Positions 37,549 through 45,905 of a DNA stretch of 64,000 nt are shown here, in pieces. The notes under the pieces are model-generated. The model ran no database searches, was not told where the DNA came from, and saw only the letters and a list, made by a program, of their open reading frames with translations. The translations under genes and the position numbers were made by a program. Position 1 is the first letter of the stretch. Each line of letters starts with the position of its first letter. This stretch comes from a virus (lineage: Duplodnaviria; Caudoviricetes). The stretch covers positions 1-64,000 of IMG/VR virus record IMGVR_UViG_2858943916_000002; one strand, given 5' to 3'.

Positions 37549-37897
37549 GGCAGCCCCCACTCGCGTCGGTATCTGGCGACTGCTCTTTGAACTTGCGCTC
37601 CCAGCCGATCACGAGGTAGCCAAACGGTCGGCTCCACTCCGTCACACCGGCTGGCGGGACCGCGCCAGGAATGATCTCGGCCAACTCATATGTGAACCGC
37701 CCTGCGACATCGCCAACGGGTCGAAAGGTGGCATAGCCAATGTGGTTGCCGGCGCCATCACGTAGGCGCATGCCCAAGAGCGTCGGAGCTTCAGGGCGCA
37801 TTTTTGGCCCCTCAAGCACCAGTCGAACGCCACCGCGGCCCGCAGGCTCGAGCCAGGCGTTGATATCGAGGTCAGCGTAGGTTCGGAATTCACGCAT
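37541..37897 (-). CDS. hypothetical phage protein (118 aa)
   Basis: AAGGAG RBS; overlapped at both ends. Confidence 0.7.
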   Translation of the reverse strand: MREFRTYADLDINAWLEPAGRGGVRLVLEGPKMRPEAPTLLGMRLRDGAGNHIGYATFRPVGDVAGRFTYELAEIIPGAVPPAGVTEWSRPFGYLVIGWERKFKEQSPDTDASGGCHA

Positions 37898-38153
37898 TGG
37901 AGGCTCCTTGCTGCGAATGGGCGCCCTGCCCCTTCCCCTTAAACTGGCTGCTCTCACACAAACCATCCTTGGGAAAGGAGCTGGGCATGGAAAAAACGGC
38001 GCGGCAGCAGTTCGACGACCTGCTGAAGGAATCGCACTTCTTCAACGATTCGATCAACACGGCAAAGCGAGCCGCTGGATACGCGGCCGGGCAAATCCTC
38101 GGCGCCCTCATCGAAGGGGATGTCACCATGTACGAAAAGCTCAAGCGACTCAT
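37890..38153 (-). CDS. 87-aa coupled ORF antisense to 37987-38328
   Basis: ATGA overlap upstream, ATGCGTGA overlap downstream. Confidence 0.4.
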   Translation of the reverse strand: MSRLSFSYMVTSPSMRAPRICPAAYPAARFAVLIESLKKCDSFSRSSNCCRAVFSMPSSFPKDGLCESSQFKGKGQGAHSQQGASNA

Positions 38154-38328
38154 GGCCGAAGACTTCCAGCGAGACTCGGACCAAGGCCCGAGCCTGGACA
38201 GTGCAGCTCGGCTGGTGCTCCATGGAATTCAGCAGGGACTCGATTCGGTTGCGCGTCCAAGCGCGCGGCTGCAGCAGACGCGGCAGCGTTCGGCCGCGCG
38301 GTCGCCGGGGAACCCAGCCGCCGACTGA
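37987..38328 (+). CDS. hypothetical island protein (113 aa)
   Basis: AAGGAG RBS; helical composition. Confidence 0.7.
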   Translation: MEKTARQQFDDLLKESHFFNDSINTAKRAAGYAAGQILGALIEGDVTMYEKLKRLMAEDFQRDSDQGPSLDSAARLVLHGIQQGLDSVARPSARLQQTRQRSAARSPGNPAAD

Positions 38329-38428
38329 TCGCTACCATCACCAGCGCACGTTGCATGGCGCGCCTGATCTGCGGCGGCCCGAAAGCCTTGGCGCCCTTCT
38401 CGCGCCCATATCCAGCCCGATTACGCAT
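38150..38428 (-). CDS. 92-aa ORF coupled to cro
   Basis: ATGCGTAA overlap with cro stop, GGAG upstream. Confidence 0.45.
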   Translation of the reverse strand: MRNRAGYGREKGAKAFGPPQIRRAMQRALVMVAISRRLGSPATARPNAAASAAAARLDAQPNRVPAEFHGAPAELHCPGSGLGPSLAGSLRP

Positions 38429-38708
38429 GGCTTGGCTCCTGCGGCGCGGCCGCGGCCAGCTCCGGCCAGAGACGCCCGTAGTCATTGGGCCGCAAGTCCT
38501 GGCGGCGGCATTCGCCATCGGTGATCAATTCAATGTCCGCAGCGATAAGGCCGGCGAGCTTATAGCCGTAAGCGACCTGGCGGAGGTATCCCACCGACGT
38601 GCCACGTTGGCGACAGCGTGCCTGCGCTTCCAGCTTGGGGGTCTTCCTCAACCACTGGAGCAAAGGCTCCACTGGCACTCTTGTTCGGGATAAGGGTTGT
38701 TGACTCAT
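38421..38708 (-). CDS. cro: Cro-like repressor
   Basis: GTSVGYLRQVAYG HTH..IE..T.G....DLRP; divergent from cI. Confidence 0.85.
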   Translation of the reverse strand: MSQQPLSRTRVPVEPLLQWLRKTPKLEAQARCRQRGTSVGYLRQVAYGYKLAGLIAADIELITDGECRRQDLRPNDYGRLWPELAAAAPQEPSHA

Positions 38709-38717
38709 CCTAAAACA

Positions 38718-38779
38718 TTACCGCAGGGTAATTATTTTGACAAGAAAAATTTACCCCTGGGTTGTTTACCTGCGGGTAG
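38718..38779. promoter_or_regulatory. three cro/cI operators
   Basis: TTACCGCAGGGTAA (38718), TTACCCCTGGGTTG (38751), TTACCTGCGGGTAG (38766). Confidence 0.85.
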
Positions 38780-38801
38780 CTGTCAGGCAACACTTCACAC
38801 C

Positions 38802-39179
38802 ATGGAAATTGACGATATCTACGCAGTCCGCCTTCAGCGCTTTCGGACCCTGATGGACGACCGGTTCGGCGGCAAACAAGCCGCGATCGCTACTGCGGTT
38901 GGCAAGCCAGCCAACTATGTTTCCCGCATCATCAGCGGGAATAAAAAGCTGGGCGAAGAAATCGTCCGGGAATTCGAGACATCCCTGGACCTTCCCGCGT
39001 ATTGGTTTGACGGGCTAACCGATACAACGGCATGGCCCTTCCCTAGCGTCAGCCGAGCGGCGTATGAGTCGCTTACGCCCGAACAACGCCGTGGCATCGA
39101 ACAATGGGTTGCTAGGCAAGTGGAAGCATTCGGCGACACGCACACGCCGGGCGCGGGTAACTCCAAAAAGAGCGCCTAG
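38802..39179 (+). CDS. cI: CI-like repressor lacking an S24 peptidase domain (125 aa)
   Basis: R..RFRTL..FGGKQAAIA..VGK.ANYVSRIISG..GE...R.FE..L.LP.YWFD; short WPF C-terminal domain. Confidence 0.88.
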   Translation: MEIDDIYAVRLQRFRTLMDDRFGGKQAAIATAVGKPANYVSRIISGNKKLGEEIVREFETSLDLPAYWFDGLTDTTAWPFPSVSRAAYESLTPEQRRGIEQWVARQVEAFGDTHTPGAGNSKKSA

Positions 39180-39207
39180 GCGTCGACCGACGGCTGCATC
39201 AACGACT

Positions 39208-39495
39208 TCAGTCTACGTAGATCGGTTCCCCTGCAAGGGTAGGCTCGCGCTGCTGCGCAGCCGCGTCCTGAATTGCGTACCGCAATTGAACGATCTCCCT
39301 GCGCGTCAGAAAATCTGGCATCCCAATCGTGGCCAACAGCGCCAACGGGCCGAGCACCACTCCCCATAAGAACCAGCACGCTCCGCATGCCCCTTTGGCA
39401 TTGGCGATGTGATGCGCCAGGAATGCTGAAACGAACCAGGAGGCCACCAATAGGATGGCCCAGATCGAAGTAAGCAGAAACGCCAACACCGTCAT
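39208..39495 (-). CDS. small membrane protein
   Basis: AAGGAG RBS; two TM segments. Confidence 0.75.
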   Translation of the reverse strand: MTVLAFLLTSIWAILLVASWFVSAFLAHHIANAKGACGACWFLWGVVLGPLALLATIGMPDFLTRREIVQLRYAIQDAAAQQREPTLAGEPIYVD

Positions 39496-39611
39496 CTCAC
39501 TCTCCTTGGAAGCTGAACCGCCAATGGGGAGCTAATCGTAACAGATTGATTCTTAAATCTCGTTCTATCTCCTAGACGCGGAAAGGGTCCTACTTTCGCT
39601 TCCCGCCAAGA

Positions 39612-39650
39612 TTACCTACAGGTATTCCTATAATATTTACCTACAGGTAA
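39612..39650. promoter_or_regulatory. two operators at the second early promoter
   Basis: TTACCTACAGGTAT (39612) and TTACCTACAGGTAA (39637), same consensus as the cro/cI operators. Confidence 0.85.
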
Positions 39651-39667
39651 TTTTTTAGGAGACCACC

Positions 39668-40015
39668 ATGGAAGTTACCCAAACCGTCAGCGCATGGCTG
39701 ACGCCCACCAGCCTGACCTCGCCCGACGAGATCACCGATCCGAACAAGGTCCGCCTCGGCGACCTGTCCTACACCAACCTGGACATGACCGAGTGCGGCT
39801 ACACGCTGATCGGCAAGGCCCGCATCACCCTGGCACTGCCTGACCGCGAACGACTGATCGATTCCAAGGTGGCGTCGATGCGAGCGGAAGTGAAGAAGAT
39901 CCGCGCCGAGGCCGAAGCGAAGGCCTGCCACATCGAAAACCAGATCAGCAACCTGCTGGCGATCGAGCTCAGCCCGGCGCCGGCATCTGAATCTGACCGC
40001 ACCGAGGGGAACTGA
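39668..40015 (+). CDS. hypothetical early protein (115 aa)
   Basis: AGGAG RBS; coiled-coil C-terminus. Confidence 0.8.
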   Translation: MEVTQTVSAWLTPTSLTSPDEITDPNKVRLGDLSYTNLDMTECGYTLIGKARITLALPDRERLIDSKVASMRAEVKKIRAEAEAKACHIENQISNLLAIELSPAPASESDRTEGN

Positions 40016-40016
40016 C

Positions 40017-40394
40017 ATGTCGAACATGTCTATTCCTACCCCATGCGGCACGGCCGCGATCCTTCGCCCCTACAACGACGAGGAACGCCGCGCAGAGCTG
40101 ATGCAAGACCTTGGCGGCGACGTGCATTTGGCGCTGTGCCGCGATCAGTTGATCCACCGCGAATACGACTTCAGCCAGCGCGCCGCCGAAGCGCTCTACG
40201 CCGCGACCGAAGGCAATCAGCTGGCCGAGGACGCATTCGCACTGGTGGTGCGCTCGGCCGTGGCACGGGATCCGCTGGCGGTGGTGGGGCTTCTCTTCCG
40301 CCAGTGGCTTGACCTGGCGGTCCGGCAACTGACCGCGGATCTTGCGGACCGGTGCGAAGACGGCCAGCGCGTGACCTTCGGGGCCCGCCAATGA
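40017..40394 (+). CDS. hypothetical early protein (125 aa)
   Basis: operon position, GAGGG RBS. Confidence 0.7.
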   Translation: MSNMSIPTPCGTAAILRPYNDEERRAELMQDLGGDVHLALCRDQLIHREYDFSQRAAEALYAATEGNQLAEDAFALVVRSAVARDPLAVVGLLFRQWLDLAVRQLTADLADRCEDGQRVTFGARQ

Positions 40395-40492
40395 CCGCCC
40401 TGCTCCTCTTCATCCTGGGTGGCCTGTGCGCCGCCTATCCCCTGGGCCTGCTCGGGGATGCCTGGATGGCCTACCGGCGGAGGTCTGCATGA
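40391..40492 (+). CDS. 33-aa hydrophobic ORF
   Basis: hand-translated MTALLLFILGGLCAAYPLGLLG...; ATGA overlaps at both ends. Confidence 0.6.
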   Translation: MTALLLFILGGLCAAYPLGLLGDAWMAYRRRSA

Positions 40493-40686
40493 TCCGCCGG
40501 CTGCGCAACCTCTGGCACCGCGCCCGCGTTTCCGGCCGAGACCTGGACTTCGCCGGCGTCGCCGCGATCTTCGCCGGCGCGGTGGTGCTGCTGGCCAGCG
40601 GCATGGTCGGCCCGACGCGCGACGCCCACTCCCCCACTCCCACCGCCCATGACGGGCGCCCGACGGCATACGCCGCGAAGGACTGA
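40489..40686 (+). CDS. 65-aa single-TM protein
   Basis: GGAGG RBS; ATGA overlap. Confidence 0.6.
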   Translation: MIRRLRNLWHRARVSGRDLDFAGVAAIFAGAVVLLASGMVGPTRDAHSPTPTAHDGRPTAYAAKD

Positions 40687-40688
40687 TC

Positions 40689-41666
40689 GTGAACGCTATT
40701 TCTGAACCTATCGCCCTGGATCGCACACGCTTCCTCGGCGGCACCGACATGGCCGCGCTGTACGGCGTCAGCAAGTGGAAGACTCCCCTGCAGGTGTGGG
40801 CCGAAAAGACCCGCCGTGATGCCTACCGCGAAGACGACCCGGCCAAGACGAAGGTGCTCAACCGCGGCAAGCGCCTTGAACCGGTCGTGGTGGCCATGCT
40901 GCGCGAGGACTACGGCCTGGACGTTGTCGCCGTGAACGAACGCTACACGCACCCCGACCACACCTTCCTGTCGGTCGAGATCGACTTCGAGTGGCGCGTC
41001 ACCGAGCAGGCCCTGGCGGCATTCCCCTGGCTCGCTCCCCTTGAGCTGGGCTCGATCCAGAACGGCGAGGTCAAGACCGTGCATCCGTTCGTCGCCCACG
41101 AGTGGGGCGACATGGGAACCGACGACGTGCCGATTCACTATGCGGCGCAGTCCATGACCGGCTTGGCCGTCACCGGCCGCGACGTGTGCCTCTACGCCAC
41201 GCTGGTAGGCGTGGATGACCTGACCTTCTACGCGGTGCGCCGCGACCAGGAGACGATCGACGCGATGGTCGCCAAGGCCGTGGACTTCTGGACCAACCAC
41301 GTCCTGACCGACATCCCACCCAATCCCGAAACGTTCGACGACCTGAAGTTTCTCTACGCCCGCGACAACGGCCAAGCGATCGAGGCAACCGACGAGATCC
41401 TGGCCCAGCTCGCCGAGTTTCGCGAGCTCAGCGACCAGGCCAAGCGCATCGAGGAACGCCGCGACGAGCTCAAGTTCGGCATCCAGACGTTTATGGAGCC
41501 CAACGCCATTCTGACGGCCAAGGGCGGGCCGGTGGCCACCTGGAAAAGCCAGTCCGCCAGCCGCCTGGACGGCAAGGCCCTGGCGCTGGCTCGCCCCGAT
41601 ATCGCCGCCGCCTACCGCACCACATCCGAAACCCGAGTCTTCCGCCTGAAAGGAGCGAAGAAATGA
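40689..41666 (+). CDS. YqaJ/lambda-exonuclease-family recombination nuclease
   Basis: R..FLGGTD.AA..G.SKWKTP..VW.EK; GKRLEP; GEVKT; Y..Q. Confidence 0.92.
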   Translation: MNAISEPIALDRTRFLGGTDMAALYGVSKWKTPLQVWAEKTRRDAYREDDPAKTKVLNRGKRLEPVVVAMLREDYGLDVVAVNERYTHPDHTFLSVEIDFEWRVTEQALAAFPWLAPLELGSIQNGEVKTVHPFVAHEWGDMGTDDVPIHYAAQSMTGLAVTGRDVCLYATLVGVDDLTFYAVRRDQETIDAMVAKAVDFWTNHVLTDIPPNPETFDDLKFLYARDNGQAIEATDEILAQLAEFRELSDQAKRIEERRDELKFGIQTFMEPNAILTAKGGPVATWKSQSASRLDGKALALARPDIAAAYRTTSETRVFRLKGAKK

Positions 41667-42685
41667 GCGCATCCAAATTGAAAGCCGTGGCCACAGGCCA
41701 AGCACAGTCCCAACAACTGGCCAGCATGAAACCGAAGGACCAGATCGCCCACCTGCTGGAAAAGCGCAAGGGCGAGATCCAGAAGATGCTGCCCAAGCAC
41801 CTTTCCGCTGATCGCCTGCTCAAGGTCGCGCAGATCGCCGCCACCACCACGCCGGCCCTGGCCGAATGCGACATCCCGTCGCTGGTGGGCGCCATCGGTC
41901 AGTGCGCGCAGATGGGATTGGAGCCCAATACCGTCCTCGGCCATGCCTACCTCGTCCCGTTCAACACCAAGCGCAAGGACGCCGGCGGCAATGAGCGCTG
42001 GGTGAAGTCGGTGCAGGTGATCGTTGGCTACAAGGGCCTGATCGACCTGGCCCGCCGCTCCGGCCAGATCGTGAGCATCGCCGCCCACGAAGTCTGCGAG
42101 AACGACACCTTCGACCTGGTGTATGGCCTGGACGAGAAACTGGAGCACCGGCCGGCCATGGGCGAACGTGGCGCCGTCACCGGCTTCTATGCCGTCGCGA
42201 AGCTCGTAGGCGGCGGCCATGCCTTCGAATTCATGAGCCTGTACCTGATTGACCAGATCAAAGCGGCAACGCAAAGCAAGGGCGCCTACGGCCCCTGGAA
42301 GGACAACTTCGTGGAGATGGGCCGCAAGACCGTGATTCGCCGGCTGGCCAAGTACCTGCCGCTGTCCATCGAATTCCAGAAGGCGACGGCCCTCGACGAA
42401 ATGGCCAGCAGCGGCCGCGACCAGCACCTGGACGACAACACGCTCGACGGCGATTTCATCTTCGCCCAACCCGAGCCTGGGGCCGACCAGGCAGAGGCAG
42501 GCGATGGCGCGCCGCAACAGCTTGCCTATGACCCGGCGCCCGTGCTGGCGCAGATCGCCAGCGCCACGAACATCGACGCCCTGGACCTCGTCGCCGACGG
42601 TTTCCGCGACGCGCCGGACGAGCACTACGACGCGCTCAAGAAGGCCTACGACGCCCGCCGAGCGGCGCTGGATCCGGCCGCTTAG
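41663..42685 (+). CDS. recT: RecT single-strand annealing protein
   Basis: LPKHL..DR; GLEP...GHAYLVPF; GYKGLI.LARRSG; M.RKTVIRRL.KYLPLS. Confidence 0.95.
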   Translation: MSASKLKAVATGQAQSQQLASMKPKDQIAHLLEKRKGEIQKMLPKHLSADRLLKVAQIAATTTPALAECDIPSLVGAIGQCAQMGLEPNTVLGHAYLVPFNTKRKDAGGNERWVKSVQVIVGYKGLIDLARRSGQIVSIAAHEVCENDTFDLVYGLDEKLEHRPAMGERGAVTGFYAVAKLVGGGHAFEFMSLYLIDQIKAATQSKGAYGPWKDNFVEMGRKTVIRRLAKYLPLSIEFQKATALDEMASSGRDQHLDDNTLDGDFIFAQPEPGADQAEAGDGAPQQLAYDPAPVLAQIASATNIDALDLVADGFRDAPDEHYDALKKAYDARRAALDPAA

Positions 42686-42778
42686 CCGTTCTCCCTGGGC
42701 GGCGCCTCACCAAATGGAGGCACCCCCTGGCGCCGCCCGCCCCACTACCCAGCGATCTCAAAACCCATAGGTGAACAC

Positions 42779-43144
42779 ATGGGAGCATTTTGCGTATACG
42801 GAATGACCGAGCAGCTCGCGAAGAAAGCCGCCGAGCGGGCTTGGCAAAAATATAAGGAATCCATGACCGCGGATGTTCGCGCGTGCCTGCGGCCATCCGA
42901 CCAGGCCGACTGGATCAAGGTCAAGACGGAGTACCACCTGGCCAAGGGCAATCCTGTCCAGCTATCGGCACCGTTCGATGCACCACAGTTCGCCCGCGAG
43001 TTCATCAAGCTCGCCGCGGCCACAGGCCGAACCTCACGGCTGTGCATCATGCAGCGCGGCCCGAAGCTCGATAAGCACGGAGCGCCCCGAATCAGCAAGG
43101 CCACCAAGCGCCCGATGATCACCTGGGTTCCCTATCCGCGATAG
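42779..43144 (+). CDS. hypothetical protein (121 aa)
   Basis: AGGTG RBS; high-GC codon pattern. Confidence 0.7.
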   Translation: MGAFCVYGMTEQLAKKAAERAWQKYKESMTADVRACLRPSDQADWIKVKTEYHLAKGNPVQLSAPFDAPQFAREFIKLAAATGRTSRLCIMQRGPKLDKHGAPRISKATKRPMITWVPYPR

Positions 43145-43181
43145 CGCACACGACGTATCACCTATCCCTATCGGAGCCTAC

Positions 43182-43970
43182 ATGGCCAAGAAATCCAAAG
43201 ACGTGTACGGCGCGGACGGCCAGAGCAATCTGCTCAACTTCGACCCCGCCAAGCTGACTCTCGTCACAGACGAATCCAGCCCCCTATATGACAAGCGCGT
43301 GCATCTGCCCGTGAACGAGGCGCTGGCGCGGAACATCGACTATCAGGGAGTGCTGGAGCCCGTGGCGGTTTCCAAGAACCCCGAGACGGGCGACACCGAG
43401 GTCGTGTTCGGCCGGCAGCGCGTGAAGGCCGCCGTGCTCGCCAACCAGTGGCGTCGAGAACGCGGTGTGCCGGAACGACTGATTCCCGGCATCGTCTACA
43501 CGGGCAAGCGCGAGAACGCCCTGGACGCGATCGTCAGCGAGAACGAAGCCCGCACCGCTGATACGCCTCTGGGCCGCGCCGAGAAGATGCGCCAACACCT
43601 TGCCCTGGGCAAAGGTGAAGACCAGATTGCGGTCATCTACAACTGCACGATCGCCACGGTCCGCGACACGCTGGCGCTGCTGGATAGCCCCAAGGCCGTG
43701 CAGAACGCCGTCGAGGCAGGTCTGATCACCCTGACCCATGCCAAGGCACTGGTGAAGCTCAAACCTGATGAACAGCGCGCCAAGGTGGCCGAGTTGGTCG
43801 CGGCCGGCAAGAACGCCACGCCCCACCAGCGAAGCCGCAAGCAGGCCGCAGTCATGGGCGAGCGCCCCCGCGTAAGGTCCCGCAAGCAGATCCAGGCCGC
43901 TTTGGAAACCGCGCAAGGCGACTATGCCGCAGCCCTGCGCTGGGTGCTGGGAGAGGAAGACGGCGCATGA
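43182..43970 (+). CDS. ParB-like N-terminal domain protein
   Basis: LA.NI..QGVLEPV.V..GRQRVKA..SENE.R. Confidence 0.85.
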   Translation: MAKKSKDVYGADGQSNLLNFDPAKLTLVTDESSPLYDKRVHLPVNEALARNIDYQGVLEPVAVSKNPETGDTEVVFGRQRVKAAVLANQWRRERGVPERLIPGIVYTGKRENALDAIVSENEARTADTPLGRAEKMRQHLALGKGEDQIAVIYNCTIATVRDTLALLDSPKAVQNAVEAGLITLTHAKALVKLKPDEQRAKVAELVAAGKNATPHQRSRKQAAVMGERPRVRSRKQIQAALETAQGDYAAALRWVLGEEDGA

Positions 43971-44034
43971 ATGCTTCCAAGGCGACGAGCCCGAACAGCG
44001 AAATCCAATCCCGACAGGGCAATGGGAGCGAAGA

Positions 44035-44700
44035 ATGATAGCTAGAAAGCTAGTCGAGATTTCCGCTCAACACTCGGGCCATCCAGTCCTCGCACTGCCG
44101 TTTCAGCGCCTCCACATCGGCAATGCCGGACAGCAACACATCAGAGGAGGCGCCGTTGACAATCATCATCGCCAACCCCGACTGTGCCTGACGCGCAGCC
44201 CTAACCGCAGCCGATCGTTCGGCCTTCTGCGCCATACCTTCGAAATTCGCGCACATGGATGCGAGGAGCGACACGATCGATCCCCCAAATACTCCATCGG
44301 CTCTGTCTTGCAAGGCGATCAAGCGCGTGTGCAAGAGCGAAAACTCCGAACTCGAAGGCCTGTCTCCGGCCTCCCATTGCTTGAGAAGCGCCTGCAACTG
44401 ACCGCAAATCTGGTAGCACGTGTGAGCCACGGCCCAGTTTCGCTTCACAACAGCAGCCTTGTCGTCCTTTCGTCGCTCGAAGTTCTGCCAAAGAGGAACG
44501 GCTACGGCAAACATCGCCGCCCCCACAGTGCCGAACGCCGTCATCAAATCCCACCACTTAGCTTCGGCCGACATGTCAACTTTCGTGGCGAGAGCGAACC
44601 CCAAAGCCAAGCCAATGAGGGTAAGCACTGCGCCGGCAATCAAATAAAGCGCCTTCATGCTCGTCTCCATATTTGGCCGCAATCGTATCCCAGCGGCTAA
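44035..44700 (+). CDS. 221-aa coupled ORF antisense to the 44050-44682 moron
   Basis: ATGA overlap with 23-aa ORF 43967-44038, itself ATGA-coupled to the ParB-like gene. Confidence 0.35.
   Translation: MIARKLVEISAQHSGHPVLALPFQRLHIGNAGQQHIRGGAVDNHHRQPRLCLTRSPNRSRSFGLLRHTFEIRAHGCEERHDRSPKYSIGSVLQGDQARVQERKLRTRRPVSGLPLLEKRLQLTANLVARVSHGPVSLHNSSLVVLSSLEVLPKRNGYGKHRRPHSAERRHQIPPLSFGRHVNFRGESEPQSQANEGKHCAGNQIKRLHARLHIWPQSYPSG
44050..44682 (-). CDS. moron membrane protein (two N-terminal TMs)
   Basis: hydrophobic N-terminus, W..TAFGTVGAA..AV.VP motif, helical C-terminus. Confidence 0.75.
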   Translation of the reverse strand: MRPNMETSMKALYLIAGAVLTLIGLALGFALATKVDMSAEAKWWDLMTAFGTVGAAMFAVAVPLWQNFERRKDDKAAVVKRNWAVAHTCYQICGQLQALLKQWEAGDRPSSSEFSLLHTRLIALQDRADGVFGGSIVSLLASMCANFEGMAQKAERSAAVRAARQAQSGLAMMIVNGASSDVLLSGIADVEALKRQCEDWMARVLSGNLD

Positions 44701-44779
44701 GGAGTGTCAGCATGAACGACCGTCAAAGCAACGAACACGTCCAAGCGGGAATCCTGCTGCTCGACTACCTGGAGGTTAG

Positions 44780-45010
44780 ATGCTCACACTCACAAATGAA
44801 GAGCTGATCGAACTGACCGGGAAGGCCAGAAAGGCTGGCCAGATCGAAGCCCTCAGATTCCTCACTATCCCGTTCAAGATTCGCCCGGATGGCACCCCTG
44901 TGGTCCTTCGGGCCGCTATGGAGGCAGCACTAGGCCATGCGCCCAAGAACCAAGGATCGACACCTCCCCGCGTGCGTGTACCAGAAGCACGGCGCATACT
45001 GGTACGTTAA
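44780..45010 (+). CDS. excisionase-like protein (DUF4224-like)
   Basis: LT.EELIELTG....Q...L....IPF..RPDG.PVV; GGAGG RBS; overlaps int. Confidence 0.85.
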   Translation: MLTLTNEELIELTGKARKAGQIEALRFLTIPFKIRPDGTPVVLRAAMEAALGHAPKNQGSTPPRVRVPEARRILVR

Positions 45011-45905
45011 GGGCGGGAAGTGGCGCAAGATCGGCGCCGACCTGCACAGCGCGTTGACCGAATATGCACGTATCGTCTCCGCCCCAAAGGACGGCATGCC
45101 GGCATTGATCGATGATGCCCTTCCGCTCCTGACAAAAGACGTAGCCGTCTCGACTCGCAAGCAATACGAATACTGCGCAGCTCAGCTCAAAGAGGCTTTC
45201 GTCGACTTCTATCCGAACCAGGTGCGCCACGGCGACGTGGTGGAACTGCTTGACGGCTACTCTGATCGTCGAGCCCTGGCCAACCGAATGCTGACCGTAC
45301 TGAAGCTGGTCTTTCAATGGGCCTTGGACCGCGGCCGAGTAGATGCGAATCCATGCGTCAGCGTGAAGCGCTTCGTCCAGAAGCCGCGAGACCGGCTGAT
45401 CACGCCCAAGGAATACGCAGCCATCTACGAAGGCTGCCCGCCTTGGCTGCAATGCGTCATGGATCTTTGCTACCTGACCGGCCAGCGCATCGGCGACGTG
45501 CTGAAAATCGAAGACAGCCACGTTCGCGACGAGGGGTTGTACTTCGAACAGCAGAAGACGAGAAAGCGCCTGGTGGTCGCGTGGACGCCGGAATTGCGCG
45601 CTGCGGTGGAGCGTGCTCAGGAGCTGCGCGTTGCCCCGACCAGAACGCCGTACCTTCTCGGTGGCCGCGGAGGCAACCTCCGGCTCCATTCCAACGTCTG
45701 GCGCATCTTCAAGGACGCTGCGGTCAAGGCCAACGTCCCCGACGTGACCCTGCACGACTTGCGGGCAATGGCGGGCACGGATGCTGAATCCCAAGGTATC
45801 GACCCGAGCGCCCTGCTCGGCCACTCGGATCCCCGAACGACCCGGATCTACCTGCGCGACAAGCGCCCTAAGCTTGTGAAAGGACCGACGCGAAAGGCTG
45901 TATAA
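44937..45905 (+). CDS. int: tyrosine integrase
   Basis: TGQRIGDV; HDLRAMA; LLGHSD..TT.IYL catalytic residues. Confidence 0.95.
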   Translation: MRPRTKDRHLPACVYQKHGAYWYVKGGKWRKIGADLHSALTEYARIVSAPKDGMPALIDDALPLLTKDVAVSTRKQYEYCAAQLKEAFVDFYPNQVRHGDVVELLDGYSDRRALANRMLTVLKLVFQWALDRGRVDANPCVSVKRFVQKPRDRLITPKEYAAIYEGCPPWLQCVMDLCYLTGQRIGDVLKIEDSHVRDEGLYFEQQKTRKRLVVAWTPELRAAVERAQELRVAPTRTPYLLGGRGGNLRLHSNVWRIFKDAAVKANVPDVTLHDLRAMAGTDAESQGIDPSALLGHSDPRTTRIYLRDKRPKLVKGPTRKAV

